The translations under genes and the position numbers were made by a program. Below, one piece after another: positions 35,892-45,635 of a stretch of 50,810 nt of DNA. Below the pieces are notes generated by a model that was given only the letters and a program-made list of their open reading frames with translations, had not been told where the DNA came from and made no database searches. Position 1 is the stretch's first letter. Every line of letters begins with the position of its first letter. This DNA comes from Asterionella formosa (taxonomy: Eukaryota), in NCBI GenBank assembly GCA_002256025.1, contig NKIB01013818.1, positions 1-50,810 of the forward strand, given 5' to 3'.

Positions 35892-36401
35892 CGTGAGCGT
35901 TTCTGGATTTCTGGATGGCAAGCAAGCCTCCCTGATAAAAAATGAGCATTTTAAGAACGAGGTTCTTACATGAACTGTATGTAAAACCACCATAGTTGAA
36001 TGTTGATATGTTGCGCTGATGGTAGCTTTTCAACAAAGAATTGCATATTTTCAACGTCAATGGTCTCTTCCTCATCGCAAAACACCATGCCGACTGCATT
36101 TTCCCTTACTGATGACTGTGGAGTACGAATCAATCAACCTTCTATCATGTGATGACAAGGAAATATTCTAATACCGACTATAAATTTTGAAATCAGAAAT
36201 TGCTGAAGATGAAGTGAAGGGTCAGAGAGAACTGGAACTTAGAGCTGTTTCATCAGGTAAAGTGAAAGTAAATCTCGTTTTTGGATTGATACCACAAAAA
36301 CGAACGTTCTCATGCACATAAAAAAGATAGGATACATTGTCATGAAACCGTAGCTCCAAAATAGATACTAGAGGAATACTAGTCAATAGTGCAGCATTCG
36401 A

Positions 36402-36998
36402 TTAATTTATCCAACCCATAGCCTCCAAGACTAGACCTGAGCATCGTCGTCTAGCTGCATCAAAGTCATCCAAAGAATCCGGTAAGTCATCCCACAGACA
36501 TTGCATTCTTCTCAAGGCATCGTCCGCCGGTTTCAGCAATGGAAAACGCAGTTTCATATCTTGAATCAATCTTCGTGAACACTCTTGTTCGGTTCCAATC
36601 TCATACCTTGTAGCACCTGCCATGGCAGCCAAGACTTCCGAGTATCCGCCAGGTCCGCCATCTGTTCCATCCCATTTTCCATTTTGCCACGCCAGCGCTA
36701 ATACTAACTTCACTTCTTCAAACGGAGGATCCGCAGATATAGCTTCTATCAATTTCTTAACCAATTTATCCCTCGACTGTGGCGTATCATAGGTTCGTCT
36801 CGAGATCATGGCGCAATCATGGCCCGTCCCCTGACCATAACCCCAACGCCAGGCTTCCGACGTCCAACCAGATCGGCGGATGCCATAAATTTCTTTGCTA
36901 CTACTCATACTCAACGAGAAGGCGCTGGATAAGGACGTAACAAGTGTAACGAGGAGGAAGGTATAACCCAAGCTAAAGGAAGATATGCAGGCCATCAT
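36402..36998 (-). CDS. Hypothetical protein, probably plastid-targeted
   Basis: Hydrophobic signal peptide ending SSA|FSL (ASAFAP-like); mature region with WRWGYGQGTGHDCAM and WDGTDGGPGGY. Start codon inferred. Confidence 0.65.
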   Translation of the reverse strand: MMACISSFSLGYTFLLVTLVTSLSSAFSLSMSSSKEIYGIRRSGWTSEAWRWGYGQGTGHDCAMISRRTYDTPQSRDKLVKKLIEAISADPPFEEVKLVLALAWQNGKWDGTDGGPGGYSEVLAAMAGATRYEIGTEQECSRRLIQDMKLRFPLLKPADDALRRMQCLWDDLPDSLDDFDAARRRCSGLVLEAMGWIN

Positions 36999-37075
36999 AA
37001 TGATAAACCATGATGATCCTGTTGAAACAAACATTATGAAAAAGAATTTTCTTTGAATGTTGTGAGTCATTGGCC

Positions 37076-37335
37076 AAGTACCTGGTACTAGGTGCCAGGT
37101 ATCAGCAACCATACCAGGTACTACCTGGTACCAGGTCTGCTCTCGCTCAAAGCAACTCTCTGCCTGCTGGTATCAGCCAGAGGGGACCCGGAATCAGGTA
37201 CTGGTATCTGGTATCAGACATGCGTCTTTTTAGTGAAATTAGATCTTTGTCTACAGCATACATCATAACGGTAGTCTATCATGATAATGTACTTAGACTA
37301 GACTAGGTATCAGTACCCTGGTGCCCGATACCTGG
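37076..37335. repeat. GTAC micro-repeat clusters in a divergent intergenic region
   Basis: AAGTACCTGGTACTAGG, TACCAGGTACTACCTGGTACCAGG, CAGGTACTGGTATCTGGTATC. Confidence 0.8.
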
Positions 37336-37518
37336 GAGGCTAGTTCAGACATGCATGAGATGATTTGTGCCTCAAATCCAATCCCACCAAACGTGTTAAT
37401 AACGATACCATGAACAGCATGTGAAATATGACATAGATGATAGGTAAAGGATGTAGAACTGAAACCCATAAGGAAAATCAGAACACATTATTAACTGCAC
37501 AAACAAGTTGAAGGCAGA

Positions 37519-38244
37519 ATGGCCGATGATATTGCTCGCATAATATTTGACTCCGCCCAGACCATGGAGCAGCAGTACTACTCCACTGTAGTAACTGACA
37601 CTGGGGCGCCTAGTGGCTTTCAAGTGTTGGGACTCGAGCCCGGGAGTTCTATTCACTTCCACGATATTGAAGCAGCAGTCAACTGTCTGCATCATCGTGC
37701 ATTTTCACGTTTGGAAGAGAATGAAGAGAATCGATGGCTATTGAGCTACAATGGACGACCACTACCAGATAAAAATGCAATAGTGGGCCCTGGTCTTACA
37801 GTGGGAGTTTTTGCAACAAATAACCATATTGCAATTACACAAACATATCCGAGGGCCTCAATCATTTGTCACCAGGAACGAGACCCAGGTGTTGAACTTG
37901 TCGAAGCTCTCGTCGAACGATCACATCAGCATGAGCACACGGCCCGTCACTATCCTAGTATTGCTACAATTCGCTTGTTGCCAGAACCAGCAATATCTGC
38001 ACATGGAGTTGAACAGAATTATGCCATTTATGGGCTTGGTACTCTGTTGCCGAGGCACGTGTCAGTCATGGTAGATGCAGTGAATGAATTGACAGCTCAG
38101 GGATACAAAAGGATGAGGCAGGACGATGAAATGAAGTGGAAGGCGTTCCTCAACAGAGCAGTTAACTTTGTACCCGACTCAGGCTATCAATATTGTTGCG
38201 GCAAAATCAATAGCATCTATTCCAAAGCAAGTCTAGACCAATGA
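37519..38244 (+). CDS. Hypothetical protein (241 aa)
   Basis: ATG-initiated ORF with globular-looking composition; no family recognised. Confidence 0.5.
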   Translation: MADDIARIIFDSAQTMEQQYYSTVVTDTGAPSGFQVLGLEPGSSIHFHDIEAAVNCLHHRAFSRLEENEENRWLLSYNGRPLPDKNAIVGPGLTVGVFATNNHIAITQTYPRASIICHQERDPGVELVEALVERSHQHEHTARHYPSIATIRLLPEPAISAHGVEQNYAIYGLGTLLPRHVSVMVDAVNELTAQGYKRMRQDDEMKWKAFLNRAVNFVPDSGYQYCCGKINSIYSKASLDQ

Positions 38245-38792
38245 TTTCACTTGTCGGATGAAGAACGAACAACAGAATCCGTCAATATGAACCATCACTC
38301 CACCTTGTCTGTTCGTTCTGCTTATAGGCTGTTGGTGTTAGGATTAAGCCTCCAACAGCATAAAATATACCTGTGTTTCCAGCCTGCTGATACCTTTCAA
38401 ATTCTTGGATACACTCATAACCAAGAATCATCATACACTAGTAAGGAAGAGAACTATTTTGTCATCATAAAGCCCAGATGATATGAATGTACCTGGTATA
38501 CCATTGGACGAGGTGCAGGTCGAGGGCAGGATGTGATTACACGTGGACGGTAGAAAGTTGCTTTAATCATTTCTGGGAGAAGGCTTCAGTCACGACCTTC
38601 AGTTGACCTGAATTCCGGCCAATCGACGATTCTTTCCACTCATGACCCTTCCCGTCTGCCATGATCGGTTCCAAGAATACCATGTGATTTTGATGAAATT
38701 TCCATCAAAGCAATTCAAAAAATAAAATAAAAAGACATTTAGCAGCATTTATTCTTTAGTGATAGAAATAGAGGCTGCGTTCCTTGACTACT

Positions 38793-40529
38793 TCAAAAAT
38801 CAAAAGTAATCTTAGTGGCCTTCTTCATTGGGCCACTGGTAGGTCCAAAATTCCCATACAGCTTGTGCTCCTTTTTCTTGATGGTTGATCCAAACTTCAT
38901 CAGGGCATCTGGAACCTTTTGGCCAGCTTGTTTCATGACTTGTTGCAATTCACCGGCATGTGACTTGTCGCCTGGTTGAAAGAAGGTATGGCTGATACCA
39001 GTTTTTCCGGCGCGTCCTGTTCGTCCAATCCGATGCACATAGTCTTCAATCGTCAAGGGGAAGGTGTAATTAATGACGGCTTCGACGTTTGGAATATCCA
39101 ATCCTCTGGCAGCGACATCCGTCGCTATCATGAGCGGACATGTTCCATCCTTGAATTGTGCCAAAGCAGCAGTTCTTGCAGCTTGTTGCTTGTTTCCATG
39201 GATTGAACAGCATTTCCACCCATCCTTGGACAGTGAAAACTCCAATCGCTCAGCTTCCTTTTTATAAAGCGCGAAGACGAGTATACGATCTTGTCTGTCT
39301 TTCCCATGATGCTGCTTTAATAATTGTCTCAATCTCGCATCGCGCGCCCGGTCTTCAATGACTTCCACCGTCTGTGTCACCCTTTTGTTAGCACTCAAAC
39401 TATCATCCATTGTCCCATCTCCCGAACTTCCCACAATGGCTTCAAATCCAACATACACACGAATTGGTTTCACCATGTACTCAATAGCAATCTTTTGAAT
39501 TGCAGCCGGCCATGTTGCACTAAACATTGCGGTCTGACGACCATCTTCTCGTGACTTGCATTGCCCAATAATGTATCTCACATCTTCTTCAAAACCCATG
39601 TCTAGCATGCGATCGGCTTCATCCAAGACCAAGTGATGAACCTGACTCAAATCACACGCTCCTTGATCTATAAGGTCCTTGAGTCGCCCAGGAGTTGCCA
39701 CAATGCAATCGACAGTGCCCTTTTTCAGTTCCGCCACTTGCGTGTATTTGGGGACACCTCCATATACGACCAATGATGTCAACTGTACGACCGCTCCAAA
39801 TTCTTCCAAAACGTCATGAGATTGCATGGCCAATTCTCGTGTGGGCGCCAACACGAGCATACGAGGAGCCCTCTTTTTGCTGGCATTGGTTCGCATCTCT
39901 TTTGACATTTGAGTGAGGGCCGGCATGGCAAAGGCCAGTGTCTTTCCGGAGCCAGTCTCAGCAATGCCCACAACGTCACGTTGGATTGTGCATTCGAGCA
40001 TGACAGGCCAGCATTGTGCTTGTATAGGAGACGGTGTAGTGAAGCCGTTCTTGGCGGTGCAATGGGAAAGTAGGGATTGTGGGATGGTGCCACTGGCAGC
40101 GTGAAAAGTAGTGTAGGGGTAATATTCCTTCAAGTCGTTCAAGGCAGTGGAATCGTCTTCGATGGTATCTTTCAAGACAATCTTGTGTTGCTTGCGCCAG
40201 GCATTCATGTCGGATGGAGGCATGGCGTCTTCCTCCTTCTTTGGTTTCTTGGCAGATGCAATATTTCCTCCAGCAGCGACATCAGCGTCATCATTCCCAA
40301 CTTCTTTGCGCTTGTTGTTGATGTTGCTCAATGAAATGATCTTGCCATCGACGGAAAACTTGTCGCTCTTGGAAAGAAACTTTTTGACTTTCTTTGGAGT
40401 CACGTCGTCCAGCTTTTCCGCAACTTCCTTGGCCAGTTCCTTAATCTTCATGCGCCCATCGTCGTGCTTCTTCAAGCACTTCTTGGCAGCCTTAATGGCC
40501 ACTTCTGCCATTTCTACTGATAAGCCCAT
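38793..40529 (-). CDS. DBP3: DEAD-box RNA helicase Dbp3 (nucleolar, 60S biogenesis)
   Basis: AETGSGKT, PTRELA, DEADRMLDMGFE, SATWP, HRIGRTGRAG, K-rich N-terminus, and the Dbp3-type VFALYKKEA and C-terminal KKKEHKLYG...KKATKITF. Confidence 0.92.
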   Translation of the reverse strand: MGLSVEMAEVAIKAAKKCLKKHDDGRMKIKELAKEVAEKLDDVTPKKVKKFLSKSDKFSVDGKIISLSNINNKRKEVGNDDADVAAGGNIASAKKPKKEEDAMPPSDMNAWRKQHKIVLKDTIEDDSTALNDLKEYYPYTTFHAASGTIPQSLLSHCTAKNGFTTPSPIQAQCWPVMLECTIQRDVVGIAETGSGKTLAFAMPALTQMSKEMRTNASKKRAPRMLVLAPTRELAMQSHDVLEEFGAVVQLTSLVVYGGVPKYTQVAELKKGTVDCIVATPGRLKDLIDQGACDLSQVHHLVLDEADRMLDMGFEEDVRYIIGQCKSREDGRQTAMFSATWPAAIQKIAIEYMVKPIRVYVGFEAIVGSSGDGTMDDSLSANKRVTQTVEVIEDRARDARLRQLLKQHHGKDRQDRILVFALYKKEAERLEFSLSKDGWKCCSIHGNKQQAARTAALAQFKDGTCPLMIATDVAARGLDIPNVEAVINYTFPLTIEDYVHRIGRTGRAGKTGISHTFFQPGDKSHAGELQQVMKQAGQKVPDALMKFGSTIKKKEHKLYGNFGPTSGPMKKATKITFDF

Positions 40530-41081
40530 GTTTGGTTGGAGATCAATTCCGTCAACTGCTACTATACTCTGTTAAGTACCGGTCCTAATACGGCAATTCT
40601 GACAAACAAATGTTAACACTATTATGTGTACATCACAAAAGTATCTGTACACTTGTATATTTACTGGTATGCTGTAAGTGCAGTACAACGAAACTCAAAA
40701 TCACACTGATTGGAAGAACAACCGGCCGTACATTGAGAGTTTTACCTCTTCACTCTTGCTGTATGGACATGTAAGATATGTACCGGTAGTTCGTGAATAG
40801 AATGGATGATACTATCATATCAATTACGTCCGATGCTGCTTGCTGTTCGAGTGCTATGATTGTACTCGCTCCTGAAAATCATTTTATATTTTGGTTGGCT
40901 TTGAGGGTGCACTGTCTGTACGACGCTCAATGAGCCCAACAGAATCCACCACTCCTAATCGACGCTTGAAGCTATCCCGGACATTAATTTGGATAACCGG
41001 GAGGGTTGACCTTTTCACTGTCCGTCGTGCGCAAAAATAACAATTGTTTTAATAATTTCTTGCAAAAGCAACCACAGCATT

Positions 41082-41153
41082 CCGGTACTGTGGTATTGCC
41101 TACTTGGTACCTGGTACCTACTCCTACCATGGTACCGTGGTACCAGGTACCAG
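41082..41153. repeat. GTAC micro-repeat cluster in the DBP3/VPS72 divergent promoter
   Basis: CCGGTACTG...TGGTACCTGGTACCTAC...CATGGTACCGTGGTACCAGGTACCAG. Confidence 0.85.
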
Positions 41154-41405
41154 TATCGTTATCATTCACATACCGGGTAGTAGTCATGGCACTATTTATT
41201 ACATTCGGTATTGTTCACTCACTCTGCCCCTAAATAAATATGAAATCACCTTTCATCGGAAAGCACTTGTAAATATTATCACATACATGTGATTTCAAAC
41301 GACCATATCATAGTCTACCAGAAGTCGGGTACCGGTAGTCCTGGTATACAATTTTCTCGACTCCGCTGCTGGCAGTTTAGTCCACCTCTTCTTCCCTCCA
41401 CAATC

Positions 41406-42848
41406 ATGACAATGAAGACCGATACGGTCACAGCAACACGCGACAAGCGGTCCACGGCAGGGAAGCGAATGTCGCATCTTGTGGGGGAGGCACAAGACGC
41501 AGACGACGCCTTTTGGGGCCACGACACGTGGGCGGAGGATGATTCCGGGAACGAGTCATTTCGGGAATCAGATGAAGATTCCGAAGTCAGAAAAGATCAA
41601 TTCGATAGTGACTTTGACGAATCAGAAGAGGACTTCAGTGATGCCGAGGCAGCAGCGGGACGGGACGAGGAAGTCAACTTGCGACAACAAGAGAAACTGG
41701 AGAGTAGGAAGAAGACATTCGATGTTGCGAAGGCAGGAAGGGATTTGCTGCAAAAGAAGAAGGGAGCGAAAGGAAGAATGAAGGGTCAACGAATTTTTGG
41801 AGATGGCGATAATGCCGGGTTGGTCTTGAACATGCCCAATGCGGCACAGCCCCTGCTTCGTGTTCAAAAGGTGGGACCCACTCCCACTACAAAGATCACG
41901 TTGGCATCGACTCGGTTGAGACGAAACCGTTCCAAATCACTGCGCACTACGACACAGCTCAAGTCAACGAATGAGCTACCACCAAAGCCATCCAAAAAGG
42001 GCACGTCCACGAAGAAATCGAGAGCCCAATATTGGACACAAGAACAATTGCTATTGGAGGCAGCCACTGTCACAGAGCCGGAAAACGAGCGGTGGCTTCT
42101 AGGTCGCAAACGACTGCACGAACAAGCTGAAGCAGTTACGAAGTTGCAAGATTCCCAGCAGCGGAATGGCAAACTGATTTCTAAATATCGATCGAGGCGG
42201 GGAATGTTAACTACTCTCACGTTTTCGGAAATGGATGCTGTTCCAGAAATTTTAGTGCAGATAGGTGGTGCACCACCTAGGCCAAGGCCAGTTTATTGTG
42301 CCATTACTGGAAGGAGAGCAAACTACAAATGCCCCAAGACAGGAAAAGGATATTATGACATGATGGCATTTAAGGAGTTGAGACGACGATTGGAAGCGGG
42401 GGAAGCGTTGGATCAACGGAAGCACAAACAGGAAGAGTTATATTTATTACAAGTGGAAAAAAATGAACGTTCTCTGAATGACAAAGCATCGTCAGTGATA
42501 TCGTCGCCATTCGCAATATCATCCACGACAGAAAGAACTATTACAATGGCTCAACAATCAGTCGAATCTCCTTCTCGGAGTATCACCATGACGACAAGAA
42601 TGGCCACTAAATTTCCGATGAAACACAATGTTCCCGAGCAGATTTCTACATACACTCTGCCTCCCACTTTACCTGTCGTTGAGAGCAGTACTATTCCCAT
42701 GGAAAAAACAGCTCAAAATAATCCAAAAACATCGGCGCAAATAGTGACACCATTTTCAATGCTATTGGACAATCCCTTTGCAGCGGCGGCGGCTCTCGCT
42801 GCCTCCTTAGCAGAAGAATCAATGAAACTTGCCGAGAAACGAAAATGA
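41406..42848 (+). CDS. VPS72: VPS72/YL1 (Swc2), H2A.Z chaperone subunit of the SWR1 complex
   Basis: RDKRSTAGKRMSHLV, acidic DQFDSDFDESEE, WTQEQLLLEA..TEPEN, and YL1_C domain CAITGRRANYKCPKTGKGY...AFKELR. Confidence 0.88.
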   Translation: MTMKTDTVTATRDKRSTAGKRMSHLVGEAQDADDAFWGHDTWAEDDSGNESFRESDEDSEVRKDQFDSDFDESEEDFSDAEAAAGRDEEVNLRQQEKLESRKKTFDVAKAGRDLLQKKKGAKGRMKGQRIFGDGDNAGLVLNMPNAAQPLLRVQKVGPTPTTKITLASTRLRRNRSKSLRTTTQLKSTNELPPKPSKKGTSTKKSRAQYWTQEQLLLEAATVTEPENERWLLGRKRLHEQAEAVTKLQDSQQRNGKLISKYRSRRGMLTTLTFSEMDAVPEILVQIGGAPPRPRPVYCAITGRRANYKCPKTGKGYYDMMAFKELRRRLEAGEALDQRKHKQEELYLLQVEKNERSLNDKASSVISSPFAISSTTERTITMAQQSVESPSRSITMTTRMATKFPMKHNVPEQISTYTLPPTLPVVESSTIPMEKTAQNNPKTSAQIVTPFSMLLDNPFAAAAALAASLAEESMKLAEKRK

Positions 42849-43079
42849 CTATAGTTACGATGAGTGATTCGATTCGCACTCGTATCTGGAATACTAGAAA
42901 TTCATGTATAGAACTAGTAGTGTTGTACGTTTTTTCGAACATCAAATTAATTATTGCCCTATTACTTGTATTTTCAAGGACGATTTCAAATCAATACTTA
43001 TTGTGCGTTACAAACAGCCTCAGATTTACAAGTAACTGTGATGTTTTGAACGAGCTAGTCTGTAACTGGTACAGTGGAA

Positions 43080-43889
43080 TTACTCCGAATCTACAATAAT
43101 ATCCTCCCCTGTCACTGTCCAGTACCTTCCATCGTGCCAGTACACATGTCCTTGTGCCACAACCTTTTCTGCTCCCGACAAAGCATCTTCTTCCATCATC
43201 GTTGCTCCCTCTTTCATGCCAATAACAATAACAGTTGCTTCTTGTTCAGGAAATTCCTTGTACGACATGGAATGGACGGATACTTTGGCCTTGGTATTGA
43301 TATCACTGCTGAGAACAAAATGTTGACATGCTTCCAACACTTCCATAACTACCAAATCATCCCCTCCACAAAAGTTAATGATAATTTTATCATAGTCCAT
43401 AGCAGGTCCTGCCGCGGCCATGGCGTTCTTAATCGCATCATCGGGAGAGTACTGGACGGACTTTGTGGTGGTCGCTCCTGGATCTGCGTAAATTTCTAGT
43501 CCCTTGCCAGTACAAATGACAGTACCTCCTACCTTGGTCAATGTTGCTTGGACCGTGGCTTCAGGAACTTGCGTTAGTTTGGAGTAATGTTCCAAGTTTG
43601 TCAAATCTGGTTCTGCACTTCCTGGCTTGTGCGTAATTCGACCCTCCAAAACAACCACATTTTCCAAGGCAAATCGAACGCCACCCTGTTGGAAGTCAAT
43701 AATGAATTCACTTTCCTCAATTCCCTTGATGACACCTGTTTGGAAACTGGAACTAAAGAGTTGCGTAGTAGAGGTCGTTGAGCGACTACTGGTAGTGACA
43801 CTCACAGGCGGATGGATTTGAAAGGCGCCTACCGATGCTGGTAAAATGCTGAGAGAGAGGAGCTGCGCCAGTAACAGAGAGTTCTTCAT
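43080..43889 (-). CDS. Plastid-targeted protein resembling the tubulin/FtsZ C-terminal sandwich domain, with no GTPase domain
   Basis: Signal peptide ending VGA|FQI plus S/T-rich transit peptide. CTGKG...AIKNAM...KIIINFCGGDDLVVMEVLEAC...ATVIVIG parallels FtsZ-C (GxG...AAI...vlvNItGGxDLtLfEVneAa...vTVIAtG). No GGGTG(S/T)G motif. Confidence 0.6.
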   Translation of the reverse strand: MKNSLLLAQLLSLSILPASVGAFQIHPPVSVTTSSRSTTSTTQLFSSSFQTGVIKGIEESEFIIDFQQGGVRFALENVVVLEGRITHKPGSAEPDLTNLEHYSKLTQVPEATVQATLTKVGGTVICTGKGLEIYADPGATTTKSVQYSPDDAIKNAMAAAGPAMDYDKIIINFCGGDDLVVMEVLEACQHFVLSSDINTKAKVSVHSMSYKEFPEQEATVIVIGMKEGATMMEEDALSGAEKVVAQGHVYWHDGRYWTVTGEDIIVDSE

Positions 43890-44062
43890 TGTCAGAAAAC
43901 GAGATGGCAAGGACTGTGTGTGGTCTTGACAGAGCGAATGAATCAGTAAAATCTAAAAAGACATATAAGTGAGTTCGAATTTTATTGAAAAAATTATTGT
44001 CATAAATGGAGACAGACGACGAGAAAAAGCTCCTCCAGTGATGGTCAGTCATGTGATCGTTT

Positions 44063-44637
44063 NNNNNNNNNNNNNNNNNNNNNNNNNNNNNNNNNNNNNN
44101 NNNNNNNNNNNNNNNNNNNNNNNNNNNNNNNNNNNNNNNNNNNNNNNNNNNNNNNNNNNNNNNNNNNNNNNNNNNNNNNNNNNNNNNNNNNNNNNNNNNN
44201 NNNNNNNNNNNNNNNNNNNNNNNNNNNNNNNNNNNNNNNNNNNNNNNNNNNNNNNNNNNNNNNNNNNNNNNNNNNNNNNNNNNNNNNNNNNNNNNNNNNN
44301 NNNNNNNNNNNNNNNNNNNNNNNNNNNNNNNNNNNNNNNNNNNNNNNNNNNNNNNNNNNNNNNNNNNNNNNNNNNNNNNNNNNNNNNNNNNNNNNNNNNN
44401 NNNNNNNNNNNNNNNNNNNNNNNNNNNNNNNNNNNNNNNNNNNNNNNNNNNNNNNNNNNNNNNNNNNNNNNNNNNNNNNNNNNNNNNNNNNNNNNNNNNN
44501 NNNNNNNNNNNNNNNNNNNNNNNNNNNNNNNNNNNNNNNNNNNNNNNNNNNNNNNNNNNNNNNNNNNNNNNNNNNNNNNNNNNNNNNNNNNNNNNNNNNN
44601 NNNNNNNNNNNNNNNNNNNNNNNNNNNNNNNNNNNNN
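44063..44637. other. Assembly gap (575 N)
   Basis: Run of Ns. Confidence 0.99.
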
Positions 44638-44738
44638 GCGTACCGGTACCGGTAGTACTTATTTTCTTACATAGGACGAGATACAGTTATCAGGTTGTTC
44701 CTCTAGTGTACCCGTACACCTGTACCAGGTACCAGGTA
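44638..44738. repeat. GTAC micro-repeat cluster abutting the gap
   Basis: GCGTACCGGTACCGGTAGTACT; GTGTACCCGTACACCTGTACCAGGTACCAGGTA. Confidence 0.8.
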
Positions 44739-44963
44739 TGATGTTGCGTTCTTGCTTGGAAAAATTATGACGAGAACGCACAGATCGAGTGAGATGACCG
44801 ATGATGTTCTTGAGTTCAAAAACAAACCTGCTTAATTTCTCTCCCCTCTGCCCTTGCTTATTTTGAACAAGCATCCATCTGCTGTCACTTACTTGCCGTC
44901 CTCGAAACTCAAACTAGAGAATCTCACCATCAACGACATCAAGTTCTCTTGGATACCGATACT

Positions 44964-45635
44964 ATGATTGAAAGAATTGCTACGTCAGCAGCCATGTTTA
45001 TCGCTGGTGTTCTGACAGCCAGCTCAATCCATAATGCAGCACAAACTGTCTTGATTGCGCAAGTCCATGCGGACAGGTACATGAGTGACACCAAGCAAAT
45101 GTTCCAAGACGACACGGCTACGACCACTGTTGTGAAGAAACTGCAAACCATGAAACGAAAGGAATTGCTGGAATTGTTCAAAAGCAGTGAGATACCTTGT
45201 CGTAGTGCTTTACCGCAACTAATACAAGGTGAATATGATGGATGCTTGTTGAATAATAATGGATTGACAAAAATAACTGAGATCATAACCAATGGATTAT
45301 TTGGTCGAGGTCGGCAGTGGAATGGGAAATCATTCGGAGAAAAAAGTACTGGTATCAATCGATTTCGTTCTAAAGAACTCGGTAGTACTACTGAAACAGA
45401 GCATATGTTTCGATACGATATTGGACCATCGACATTGCATCCAGACAAGGAATCCATACGATTAGATTATGGCAACTTCCAATCACCATGGTCGTTATGG
45501 AAGACTATGAAGGATGAAGTCCGAGTGGCAGCAGTTAATGATGACGGCAACCTGGTGCTCATTGGAATGGGATGTATGGCATGGAGTGGTGGGTTTTGGA
45601 ATGCCTCGCCCTTTTGCTTATATACTCGCAAGTAA
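44964..45635 (+). CDS. Hypothetical protein with an N-terminal hydrophobic segment
   Basis: ATG at 44964. Motifs GEYDG, WNGKSF, GINRF, IRLDY, MKDEVR, LIGMG. Confidence 0.7.
   Translation: MIERIATSAAMFIAGVLTASSIHNAAQTVLIAQVHADRYMSDTKQMFQDDTATTTVVKKLQTMKRKELLELFKSSEIPCRSALPQLIQGEYDGCLLNNNGLTKITEIITNGLFGRGRQWNGKSFGEKSTGINRFRSKELGSTTETEHMFRYDIGPSTLHPDKESIRLDYGNFQSPWSLWKTMKDEVRVAAVNDDGNLVLIGMGCMAWSGGFWNASPFCLYTRK

Noticed and set aside
43969..44655. 228-aa ORF
   Set aside because: Almost entirely N gap.
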